Source: a bacterium (lineage in GTDB: Bacteria; Margulisbacteria; Marinamargulisbacteria; GCA-2716485; JAYNIM01). From it: a stretch of 64,000 nucleotides of DNA. Below are positions 39,663 through 49,162 of this stretch, one piece after another; the stretch's first letter is position 1; the number at the start of each line of letters is the position of its first letter. The notes under the pieces were generated by a model. The model ran no database searches. It was not told the DNA's origin and worked only from the letters and a program-made list of their open reading frames with translations. The stretch covers positions 427,365 through 491,364 of the forward strand of contig JAYNIM010000001.1 in assembly GCA_038109055.1 (NCBI GenBank). The letters are read 5' to 3'. Position numbers and translations under genes: made by a program.

Positions 39663-40996
39663 TGGACACGATATCTAACTGGGGAAATACCCCTAAAATC
39701 CGTGCGTCATTAATTCCCTTTCATCAATTCGATCAACTTAGAGAAGTGATTCATCATACTCAACATGTCATTCCTAGAGGTATGGGTCGTTGTTATGGAG
39801 ACAGCTCCCTCAACGCCACCATTATTTCAACAACAGAATTTAATCAAATTACAACATTTGATTCACAAAGGGGTGTCATCATTTGCCAATCAGGGGTTAC
39901 GCTTGACACTATTTTAAAAAAAATCATTCCTGCAGGATGGTTTTTGCCTGTAACTCCTGGTACTAAATATGTAACATTAGGCGGAGCTGTTGCTGCAAAT
40001 GTTCATGGAAAGAATCATCATGTTCATGGCTCGTTATCACAGCACATCTTGTATTTTGATCTCTTGATGTCAGATGGAAAGATCGTGAGATGTTCAAAAA
40101 ATGACCTTTCTGATTTATTTTATATGACCTGTGGAGGTATGGGCCTAACAGGCGTTATTATCAACATAGCTATGCAGCTGATCCCTATTAAGTCTTCCTA
40201 TATTCGACAAAAAACAGTTCGTGCAAAGAATCTTGATGCCATTATGACCCTTTTTGACTCTCATCATCATTGGACGTATTCTGTCGCATGGATTGATTGC
40301 TTAGCAAAGGGCTCATCTCTTGGACGATCCATCCTCATGCTTGGGGAACATGCTCATGAAAATGAGCTGACAGAGTTACACTCTGAACCGCTATTAACAT
40401 ACTCCTGTAAACGTAAAAAAAGGATTCCTTTTTTTCTACCTAACGGTTTCTTAAACACTTGGACTGTTCGGCTGTTTAATACAGTATACTTTCATATGAG
40501 TCCTAAATCAGACGCTACGAAAATTGTTGATTATGATTCTTTCTTTTATCCTTTGGATCATATTCATGATTGGAATAAATGCTACGGGAAACAAGGCTTT
40601 ACCCAATATCAATGTGTATTTCCATTGAATACTAGTAGAGACGGTCTTAGAAAAATATTGGAGAGGATATCTCAATCTGGCCAAGGATCATTTTTGGCAG
40701 TATTAAAACGATTTGGAAATGAATCCCTACCAGGATTATCTTTTCCAATGGAAGGGTATACACTTGCTCTTGACTTCCCAATGACACCTAAAACATGTCT
40801 TCTAATGGATAAATTAGATACTATCGTCAACACATATAATGGTCGCTTATACTTGGCTAAAGACTCTAGAATGAGTGCCGATTTTTTTAAATCCACCTAT
40901 AAAGATTTTGATCAGTTTGTTTCACTTAAAAAGAATATCGATGCTAGAAAGCTCTTTGAATCTCTGCAATCGAGACGATTACATATCAACTCCTGA
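39662..40996 (+). CDS. DprE1-like FAD-binding oxidase
   Basis: RGMGRCYGD, PVTPGTKYVTLGGAVAANVHGKNHH, YSVAWID, FFYPLD, GYTLALD, YLAKD. Confidence 0.9.
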   Translation: MDTISNWGNTPKIRASLIPFHQFDQLREVIHHTQHVIPRGMGRCYGDSSLNATIISTTEFNQITTFDSQRGVIICQSGVTLDTILKKIIPAGWFLPVTPGTKYVTLGGAVAANVHGKNHHVHGSLSQHILYFDLLMSDGKIVRCSKNDLSDLFYMTCGGMGLTGVIINIAMQLIPIKSSYIRQKTVRAKNLDAIMTLFDSHHHWTYSVAWIDCLAKGSSLGRSILMLGEHAHENELTELHSEPLLTYSCKRKKRIPFFLPNGFLNTWTVRLFNTVYFHMSPKSDATKIVDYDSFFYPLDHIHDWNKCYGKQGFTQYQCVFPLNTSRDGLRKILERISQSGQGSFLAVLKRFGNESLPGLSFPMEGYTLALDFPMTPKTCLLMDKLDTIVNTYNGRLYLAKDSRMSADFFKSTYKDFDQFVSLKKNIDARKLFESLQSRRLHINS

Positions 40997-41105
40997 GTAT
41001 ACGTGAAATGCGGTTATCACATCGCAATTTATGATTTTTTTTTCAGTAAGACTCTGATTATTAAATTTTGCTTTATATTCTGACTATATGCCATAATCAG
41101 AAATC

Positions 41106-41840
41106 ATGAAATCAGTGTTAATATTGGGTTCTACGTCAGATATTGGGCATGCACTTTCTCAGACATATTTGCAAAATGGATACTCTGTTATTCTTGCAGC
41201 TAGGAATAAAACCAGATTGGAACAGCAAAGAAAGACTTTTAAGACATATTTTCCAGAGCACGCTATTCATACTGTTTTATTTGACGGATGCACGTTTGAT
41301 TCTCATGAAGCGACTTATACTAAACTAAGCCCAAAACCTGATGGTGTTATTACAGTAATGGGGTATTTAGGCGAGCAAAAAGTCTCCGAATTATCATTCA
41401 AAGAAACCCAAGCCGTCATTAACTCTAACTATCTGGGAAATATCTCTATATTGAATATTATCGCAAATGATTTTGAAAAAAGGGGGCATGGATTTATTGT
41501 GGGAGTCAGTTCCGTAGCGGCTGATCGAGGCCGAAAAAGTAATTATATCTATGGTTCAGCAAAAGCTGGATTTACGGCCTATTTAAGTGGTTTACGAAAT
41601 CGATTGTATGTCTCGAATGTTCATGTATTGACTGTACACCCAGGTTTTGTAGACACTAAAATGACACAGCATCTATCGTTACCCCGTCACTTAACTACTA
41701 CACCTAATCATGTTGCAGAAGCTATTTATAACGCTCAAGCTAGTAAAAGAAATGTATTGTACGTCAAATGGACGTGGAAATATATTATGTTAATCATTAG
41801 AAACATACCTGAATTTTTATTTAAAAGACTTAGCTTATGA
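41106..41840 (+). CDS. DprE2-like SDR reductase
   Basis: GSTSDIG, SSVAADRGRKSNYIYGSAKAG, PGFVDTKMT. Confidence 0.88.
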   Translation: MKSVLILGSTSDIGHALSQTYLQNGYSVILAARNKTRLEQQRKTFKTYFPEHAIHTVLFDGCTFDSHEATYTKLSPKPDGVITVMGYLGEQKVSELSFKETQAVINSNYLGNISILNIIANDFEKRGHGFIVGVSSVAADRGRKSNYIYGSAKAGFTAYLSGLRNRLYVSNVHVLTVHPGFVDTKMTQHLSLPRHLTTTPNHVAEAIYNAQASKRNVLYVKWTWKYIMLIIRNIPEFLFKRLSL

Positions 41841-42038
41841 ATATGTTTCCAGCAAAATTTAATAAATTCATCGATCGTTTAAACTTTAACCTGATTCTTT
41901 ACTAGAGCTTTATAAAAAGCTATACGTTTATCATATACTAAATTGGATGACATAGATCTTATTATTTAAAAAGAAATTACCTTATTAGTTAATTTACTGT
42001 AGACCTAGAAAGATCATAATCGGCTTTTTCTTCACTTT

Positions 42039-43625
42039 TTAACGTTGCGCCGTAACTCGAATCGCGTCTACTTCTACTACCTTCCCCTCTTCCATACGAT
42101 ATTGCTTCCCACTCTTCGCACAAGTCAACAACTCTTCTTTGTCAAACTCCAGCTTTTTCCCACCTTCCGATACCCATCCCACAACGCGTGCAGGATTACC
42201 TACTACAAGTGCAAAATTGGGCACGTCTTTGGTAACAACAGCTCCTGCGCCCACCATACAAAAGCGACCCAAAGTAACCCCACATACAATAGTGGCATTA
42301 GCACCGATAGAAGCGCCTTCTTTAACCAGTGTTTTAACATAGTATTTTGACTCTGCCTGCGGATATTTACTTCTGGGCATATTAATATTAGTAAAGACCA
42401 TAGAGGGCCCACAAAACACGTAATCTTGAAGTTCAACTCCTTCGTACACTGAGACGTTGTTCTGAATCTTGCAGTGATTTCCTATTTTGACGTTTGTTCC
42501 AATATTTACATTTTGACCTAAAATGCAGTTTTTGCCGATCTCGGCATTTGCTAAAATATTGCTAAAATTCCAAATGGCTGTTCCCTTACCTATTTTGGCA
42601 GAGTCATGTACACAGACTGTTGAATGAATCTTTCGTTCAGTATTTACGTTGGTATTTTTGATACTACTTTTATTCTCTAAGGTATCTTGTGCTTGTTCGA
42701 GTACCTCTAAAACATCCACTCCTTTTCTGCCAGAAATCACCTCATTTTTTTCTTTTCCACGAATACAGTCGATAAAATGTTGTAATTCAGCTTCCAACGG
42801 TTGTTTTTCTTCGTAAGAAAGTACTTCTGTGGCTCCTTCACGTTTGACTGGTTCTCCTTGTACCCAATCGATACCTTTTTCGTAAAAAAGCAACTCTTTT
42901 TTAGGGGTACTATCTTCATACACAAACATCCCCTTATCCCCAATAACAACCAATCGATGTTCTTTAAATGGATGTAACCAGCTTACGAAGCTATGCGCCA
43001 CGATATTATCGGGGTATTTTAGGCAGGTAATGGTTGTATCATGAATCCCTGGTTGTAAAAATGCGCCCCCTCTACTCTCAATGTCTTCTGGCTTTTTGTC
43101 GGTAAAATATTGAAAAATTGACAGATCATGTGGCGCAAAGCTCCATAGGCTATTCTCCTCTTTTCTCACCGTCCCTAAATTTAAACGGTTGCTATACATG
43201 TATTGTAATTTTCCGATCCGCCCTTCTAGCATCTCTTTTTTAATTTTTTGAATCGCCGGATGAAATAAAAGCAAATGCCCTGTCATTAACACCTGTTTTT
43301 TGCTGTCTGCTAGCGCACACAATTCTTTTGCTTCCTGGCTATTTAAGGTAATAGGCTTTTCGACTAAGACTGGTTTTGATGCAGTTAAGCAGGTTTTTGC
43401 AATCGTATAATGATGTTCTGCTGGTACTGCAACCACATACGCATCATAATCAAGAGCCCCTTCCTCCTCTATATGATTAAAAACATTGCAATCTGGATAA
43501 TCTGATTGAATTTTTTCTATGTTTTTTCTGCTATTGTCTATCACTGCAGCTAAACTACCCATTGAAGACAATGTTTTTATATGATTTCTCCCCCAACGTC
43601 CTGCACCAATGACTGCTATTTTCAT
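42039..43625 (-). CDS. Fused Gfo/Idh/MocA dehydrogenase (WbpB-like) and hexapeptide N-acetyltransferase (WbpD-like)
   Basis: N-half GAGRWG, EKP, WSFAPHD; C-half QNNVSVYEGV, FCGPSMVFTN, GASIGANATIVCG, GNPAR in one ORF. Confidence 0.85.
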   Translation of the reverse strand: MKIAVIGAGRWGRNHIKTLSSMGSLAAVIDNSRKNIEKIQSDYPDCNVFNHIEEEGALDYDAYVVAVPAEHHYTIAKTCLTASKPVLVEKPITLNSQEAKELCALADSKKQVLMTGHLLLFHPAIQKIKKEMLEGRIGKLQYMYSNRLNLGTVRKEENSLWSFAPHDLSIFQYFTDKKPEDIESRGGAFLQPGIHDTTITCLKYPDNIVAHSFVSWLHPFKEHRLVVIGDKGMFVYEDSTPKKELLFYEKGIDWVQGEPVKREGATEVLSYEEKQPLEAELQHFIDCIRGKEKNEVISGRKGVDVLEVLEQAQDTLENKSSIKNTNVNTERKIHSTVCVHDSAKIGKGTAIWNFSNILANAEIGKNCILGQNVNIGTNVKIGNHCKIQNNVSVYEGVELQDYVFCGPSMVFTNINMPRSKYPQAESKYYVKTLVKEGASIGANATIVCGVTLGRFCMVGAGAVVTKDVPNFALVVGNPARVVGWVSEGGKKLEFDKEELLTCAKSGKQYRMEEGKVVEVDAIRVTAQR

Positions 43626-43653
43626 GCCTTATATCCTACAGGCTTTAATTTTG

Positions 43654-44268
43654 TTAGGCAATTATTTTGGCTAATGTCTTTATAATTAACCTCATATCTA
43701 CTCGGAATGAAAGTTCTCTTTTGTATCGTTTGCTTAACTTAATTTTTTGGGGAAGTACCTCAGTGATGTAGCCCTGTTCTTTATCCTTGAACGTAGCTAG
43801 AATGGCTTCTTCGTCTACATACTCTAATGTTGCAAAATCTGTGATTCCAGGCTTAATTTCTAGTATTTCTTCATACTCCTTTTTAAATTTCTCTATGTAT
43901 TTTTTAACTTCAGGACGGGGACCTACTATCGCCATGTCTCCCTTTACTACATTCATGAGTTGAGGCAACTCATCCAGCTTAATACGCCTTAATAGCGTCC
44001 CCATCTTTGTTAATCGTGGATCATTTTTGTGTGTAATTAACGCCCCCATTTGGTCCGCATTAATTTTCATGCTACGAAATTTTAACATCGTAAAGGGTTT
44101 ATTCTCTTTACCTATTCGTTCTTGTGTATAAAATATGGGTCCTTTCGAGTCTAGTTTAATTAAAATAGCGACTATTACAAATAGCGGTGTTAAAAAGGCA
44201 AGTGCCAAGGTGGCTAAAAAAAAATCAATACAGGGCTTTAGGCTATGCTGATACAGTTTCTTTGACAT
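43654..44268 (-). CDS. Initiating sugar-phosphate transferase (PglC/WcaJ catalytic domain)
   Basis: KFRSM, DPRLT, LDELPQLMNV, GPRPE, PGIT. Confidence 0.9.
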   Translation of the reverse strand: MSKKLYQHSLKPCIDFFLATLALAFLTPLFVIVAILIKLDSKGPIFYTQERIGKENKPFTMLKFRSMKINADQMGALITHKNDPRLTKMGTLLRRIKLDELPQLMNVVKGDMAIVGPRPEVKKYIEKFKKEYEEILEIKPGITDFATLEYVDEEAILATFKDKEQGYITEVLPQKIKLSKRYKRELSFRVDMRLIIKTLAKIIA

Positions 44269-45373
44269 GGCTTTTAACCGTTTGGATAATGTAATCTTGA
44301 TCCTTTTGGCTTAATCCTGGCCATATCGGCAATGACAGGGAATGTTGGTAGTTTTTTTCAGCTACCGGATAGGCTCTCTTGTCCCATTTGAACTTTTCTT
44401 GATAATAATGATGATGATAAATAGGAATAAAATGGACCGCATAACCAATATTATTTTTCTCTAGTTTTTGGATCAATCCATCACGGTCTTGAATTTTAAT
44501 CACAAATAAATGCCACGAAGAGCGACAATTTTTTGGTACCTCTAAATATTGAATAGGCAAGGTCTCAAAGGCCTTGATGTAACGAAGAGCTAATTCCCTT
44601 CGCATTTGATTCATCCAATCTAATTTTTTAAGTTGTACTAAACCTAATGCTGCATTCATATCTGTCATATTGTATTTAAAGCCCATATCTAATACCTCGT
44701 AATGCCAGCTCCCTTTATTTGAATAACGTCGCCAGGCTTCTCGACTCATGCCATGTAAGCGACTGACCATCATTTTGTCCGCCCATTTTTTATTGTTGGT
44801 ACAAATCATCCCTCCTTCACCCGTAGTCATGGTTTTGGTCGCGTAAAAAGAAAAGACCGTAATGTCACCAATACTGCCAATTTTTTGATTTTCATAACTT
44901 GATGGTAAGGCATGCGCAGCATCTTCGATAATTAATAGTTTATGTTTTTTTGCTATCGCTTTTAGTGCGGTCATATCACAGGGAATCCCTGCAAAATGAA
45001 CCGGCATAATCGCTTTTGTTTTAGGGGTAATAAGTGCTTCAATTTTTGAGACATCTATTGTTTGTGTATTTGCGTTAATATCACATAAAACAGGTTTAGC
45101 GTGCAAGTAGGCGACCACTTCAGCTGTAGCCACAAAGGTTGTGGTTGGTAAAATCACTTCATCGTCAGGTTGTAGATTAATGGCTTTAAGTGCTAGATGT
45201 AAACCTGCTGTTGCAGAATTTACAGACACCGTATATTTACAGCCTATATAATTTTTAAAACTTTTTTCAAAATCAATGGTTATAGGTCCCATGGTTAACC
45301 ATCCTGAACGCAGCGTTTCGCTAACGACCTTTATCTCTTCTTCAGTAATGTGAGGTTTATGAAATTTGATCAT
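44243..45373 (-). CDS. DegT/DnrJ/EryC1/StrS aminotransferase
   Basis: NSATAGLHLAL, EDAAHA, FSFYATKTMTTGEGG, GFKYNM. Confidence 0.9.
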   Translation of the reverse strand: MIKFHKPHITEEEIKVVSETLRSGWLTMGPITIDFEKSFKNYIGCKYTVSVNSATAGLHLALKAINLQPDDEVILPTTTFVATAEVVAYLHAKPVLCDINANTQTIDVSKIEALITPKTKAIMPVHFAGIPCDMTALKAIAKKHKLLIIEDAAHALPSSYENQKIGSIGDITVFSFYATKTMTTGEGGMICTNNKKWADKMMVSRLHGMSREAWRRYSNKGSWHYEVLDMGFKYNMTDMNAALGLVQLKKLDWMNQMRRELALRYIKAFETLPIQYLEVPKNCRSSWHLFVIKIQDRDGLIQKLEKNNIGYAVHFIPIYHHHYYQEKFKWDKRAYPVAEKNYQHSLSLPIWPGLSQKDQDYIIQTVKSHVKETVSA

Positions 45374-45416
45374 TATTATTATTTTAAAGTTTATTGATTA
45401 ATACTTAAAGAGACAA

Positions 45417-45963
45417 ATGAAAATAACAACAATTTACTTTTTAGTTGTTTCATTTCTTATTTATTTTTGTGATAATTTAATTTATAAAATCTTTAAGCAA
45501 AACATCAAATCTTCATTTTTTTTCATTTATATTTGTCACTTTGTTAATCATTACTTCTATGCTTATTTGGCAATCCTATAAACGATATGATGTCAATAAA
45601 GTTCCTCAAGATTGTTTTAAATATCTTAAAATATGTCAGTTTGACTCACTTATTCCAGATAAAAATGGTTCTAAAAATCCGTTTACTTACAGAATTTTAG
45701 TTCCATTTATTGTAAAATCTGTACATTGGTTACCTCCATACCCTGGAATTATTAACTCTGATCTATCTTTTACACAAAAACATTTTTTCTTTCATTTTAA
45801 ATGTGTTAATTATTTTTTTATTTTATTTTTCTTTTCACAAACTTTGGGATTAGGTTCAGGTAATGGAGGACGGATCATTTCTTTTGCTTATATTATTATT
45901 CTCCATTATATTGCATTTTTATATTCAATGTATGAAAATTTATTTATTAAAGAAAACTCTTGA
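45417..45963 (+). pseudogene. Truncated, frameshifted membrane-protein gene (possible GT-C relic)
   Basis: ATG at 45417 joins the 45541 ORF if the T8 run at 45516-45523 loses one T; hydrophobic; contains PFTYRILVP. Confidence 0.45.
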
Positions 45964-46040
45964 TTGTATCTTTACAGTCAGACTATCTTTTTTTAATCTT
46001 TCATAATATTTTTGTTTAATTTAGACTATACATTGTAGTG

Positions 46041-46961
46041 ATGAAAATATGCACAATCCTTCTTCCTGTTTATAATGAAAATGACAACCTTCCTAGTTTG
46101 TTAGAACTTATTAAGTGTCAGTTTAATAAAATACCACTGTGGTCATATTCTGTGCTCATTGTAAATGATGGGAGTGATATGACTACCAAATCTTTAATTC
46201 AAGATCTTTCATCTTCACATGAAAATATCAGTTCCATTCATTTTATTCGAAACTTTGGCCACCAGGCTGCTTTGCAGGCAGGTATCTTACATGCTAAAGG
46301 TGATGCCATTGTTATGATGGACTCTGACTTGCAACACTGCCCCTCTTATATCCCCAAAATGCTCCAATACTTTGACGAAGGTTACGAATATGTACAAATG
46401 GTAAGAAATGAATCCACAACTGGCATTAAGGGTTTTTTATCTAAAAATTTTTATCGCATCTTTAATCAAATTTCAGATATTAAACTTATTCCCAACGCTC
46501 CTGATTTTCGTTTAATTTCACCTCGTGTCCAATCATTGTTCAACTCTATTCAACATAAACAAAAAGTTCTTCGAGTGATTCCATCACTTTTTAACATTGA
46601 ATTCAAATGTATTGCTTATAAAGAACTGGATCGTTTTGCTGGTTCCAGCAAGTATAACACAATCAAATCAGCTCGTTTTGCAATGAATATTTTGTTTAAT
46701 TTTAGTACGTTACCCCTTAATGTTATTTTTCTTTTTGGTGTCAGTTTGGCACTACTAAGTTTTTTTGCAGGAGCAACATCCATACTATTGAAAATTATTT
46801 TTGGGCCTCTTATTGTTCCAGGATATACAGATATAATTTGTAGCATCCTTTTTTTAAGTGGCACTATCTTAGGATCTGTTGGAATTATTGGCCGTTATTT
46901 AATTGTTATCATAAAAGAACTCCATGGCTACCCTACGTATATTATTGATGAAGATGCATAA
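46041..46961 (+). CDS. GT2 polyprenyl-phosphate glycosyltransferase (GtrB/ArnC-like)
   Basis: PVYNE, VNDGS, RNFGHQAAL, MDSDLQH, DFRL, two C-terminal TM helices. Confidence 0.9.
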   Translation: MKICTILLPVYNENDNLPSLLELIKCQFNKIPLWSYSVLIVNDGSDMTTKSLIQDLSSSHENISSIHFIRNFGHQAALQAGILHAKGDAIVMMDSDLQHCPSYIPKMLQYFDEGYEYVQMVRNESTTGIKGFLSKNFYRIFNQISDIKLIPNAPDFRLISPRVQSLFNSIQHKQKVLRVIPSLFNIEFKCIAYKELDRFAGSSKYNTIKSARFAMNILFNFSTLPLNVIFLFGVSLALLSFFAGATSILLKIIFGPLIVPGYTDIICSILFLSGTILGSVGIIGRYLIVIIKELHGYPTYIIDEDA

Positions 46962-47724
46962 AATAAAGTCATTGATTTCAATTACTGCAGATGATTATGG
47001 CTTACATCCGTCTATAAATAAGGCAATTATTTCTTGTGCTAAACAAGAGGCTCTTCAACGTATTTCTGTATGTGCTAACGGATCTTATATCGATTGGGAC
47101 TGCCTAAAAACGCTTCAAACAAACGGCCTGCACATTGGTGCTCATATCACACTTGTGGGTGAAAAATGGCATACTCGGCCCTATTTCTTTACGTCATGGC
47201 GCTCCTTTATTTTCCGATTATTTTTTTCCCCTTCTACATTTATTGAAAAACTTCAAAAAGAAATTCAATGGCAACTGGATCAATTCACTTGCCATGGGCT
47301 TAAAATCAACCACATTGATAGTCATCAACATGTGCATGTTTTGCCAAAACTTTGGCCTATTTTTTATAGATTAGCACTACGCAATCATATCCCAGCGATT
47401 CGTATTCCCTATGTACCCTCTTTTGCTTCCTTGAAACTTTCTTTTTCTCATCTTTTCTTGCAAGTTCTATCATTGTATCGTAAACGAACTTGCGCATTAG
47501 CTCATACCCCTTGTCTTGGTATTGCACATAGTGGTCGAAATACAGCTAAAACCTTTTCACGTGAATGTCGACATGTGACTCAACAAACAGAATTTATCCT
47601 GCATCCTGGAGATGACAATAGGGCCTTAAATGAACATTATCCTTCTTGGAGATTTGATTGGGAAGGAGAACTGTCTCTCATACATTATTGTCTATCTTTA
47701 CCTTTTGCTAAATCTTTTTTATAG
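46954..47724 (+). CDS. YdjC/ChbG/HpnK-family carbohydrate deacetylase
   Basis: ITADDYG, GAHITL, HIDSHQHVH, HPG; probable start MHKIK at 46954. Confidence 0.88.
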   Translation: MHKIKSLISITADDYGLHPSINKAIISCAKQEALQRISVCANGSYIDWDCLKTLQTNGLHIGAHITLVGEKWHTRPYFFTSWRSFIFRLFFSPSTFIEKLQKEIQWQLDQFTCHGLKINHIDSHQHVHVLPKLWPIFYRLALRNHIPAIRIPYVPSFASLKLSFSHLFLQVLSLYRKRTCALAHTPCLGIAHSGRNTAKTFSRECRHVTQQTEFILHPGDDNRALNEHYPSWRFDWEGELSLIHYCLSLPFAKSFL

Positions 47725-48390
47725 TCTCTAGTATATATACAAGTCTTTTCTTGTTTTCCTTTTTTTTTCTTTTTTCCCCAACTTTAGGTCTCGAATCTAG
47801 CCATGCTGCTCGTATCGTTTTGTTTTCTTATATTGTTATGCTGCCTTGTATCACCTTCATTTATTCTCTACTTAAATATATCTTTTTATAAATGCTGAAT
47901 AGATTTTCTATTCAAATTTCATGCAAGCTAGTGCTGTCTTTTTCGCATTCTATGCATGAGTCGTGACTTTCATATCTCTTAACTCAGTGTTCTTCCTTTA
48001 TTACAAAAGAGAGTCGAATTCTTGATTATGGTTGTAGTAGCGATTTTCTGTCTTACTTACTTCATAAAAATCATACTTGTAATGGTTCTTTTGTTTTAGT
48101 TGATAGGTATGAACTATCGCTTTTTCTAACGGATTTTTATTTAATATGTTATTTATTTATGTTTCACGGCTTTTTAAATGTAGCCACTTTCATTTGAATC
48201 ACCTATCGGATTATACTGGAGCCAGCAGTTTAGCTGTATCTAAATCTCTTTATTTGGCTTCGTTTTATCCCAACTTTTTTATACCCAAACAGTGATTTTC
48301 TGTTGTATTAGATAATAGCTAACGATTCTCTCTAATAACGTTTACTATCATTATTCATGGACTTTCTCTTATGACATGTGTTTATCAATA

Positions 48391-49146
48391 TCAACGTTTT
48401 AATTTGACTAAACACAGCACCTTCAGAAAGGCTAACCCATTCACAACCTTTCTTGGCAAGAAACTTATTATCTTTTTACGTATTTTATATGGCATTGTTG
48501 AAAAATCTTTTATGTTACTACCTGATGACACTTTATATTTTTCTAGTTGTAAGGTTACTTTTTTATTTACAGATTTATGAATGTATAACAGTATATTATT
48601 TCTATAATAATACTCCACTCTTTTGTCATTAATAATGTACGGGCGAATACAGTCATACGCTTCGAAGTTATGTTTTTGAAACAACTCAAACCAATAACTC
48701 AATGGTTGTTCGTTAATATGATGCGTGCCTCCTTGACCAGGCACTGCTGCTGAAAAAAGAACCACCTTTCCATGCCTAATTATATTTTGAATAAAAATAG
48801 CTGCAGATTCTAAGGGCAAATGTTCTGCTACTTCTAATGATTGAACAAGATCAAATTGTTTATTCAATACGATTTCTTTTGATAAATCATGTGTTACATA
48901 TGCGTCTGGATCTATCATTAATGTATCGTTCAAGGCTCTGGCATTATCTATTCCTACAACTTCTTTCACGCCTCTTTTCTCCCAATTCTTAAGCCAAACA
49001 CCCGTCCCACAACCAATATCTAATACAGACCTTAACTCACATCCATTCATTTTTTTAATTAAAAGATCTTCTACGACTTCTGCGGATTTATTGCTATACG
49101 TGTTGATTCTTTTGAAAAATGTTTCGCTATATCTTTCTTTTTTCAT
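48391..49146 (-). CDS. Class I SAM-dependent methyltransferase
   Basis: VLDIGCGTG, SLEVAEHL, SAAVPGQGGTHHINEQ. Confidence 0.88.
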   Translation of the reverse strand: MKKERYSETFFKRINTYSNKSAEVVEDLLIKKMNGCELRSVLDIGCGTGVWLKNWEKRGVKEVVGIDNARALNDTLMIDPDAYVTHDLSKEIVLNKQFDLVQSLEVAEHLPLESAAIFIQNIIRHGKVVLFSAAVPGQGGTHHINEQPLSYWFELFQKHNFEAYDCIRPYIINDKRVEYYYRNNILLYIHKSVNKKVTLQLEKYKVSSGSNIKDFSTMPYKIRKKIISFLPRKVVNGLAFLKVLCLVKLKR

Positions 49147-49162
49147 TGGTCATTATGGTATC

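Noticed and set aside
41003..41045. Imperfect inverted repeat followed by a T-run between the dprE1- and dprE2-like genes
   Set aside because: The stem is mismatched and separated from the T-run; not supportable as a terminator
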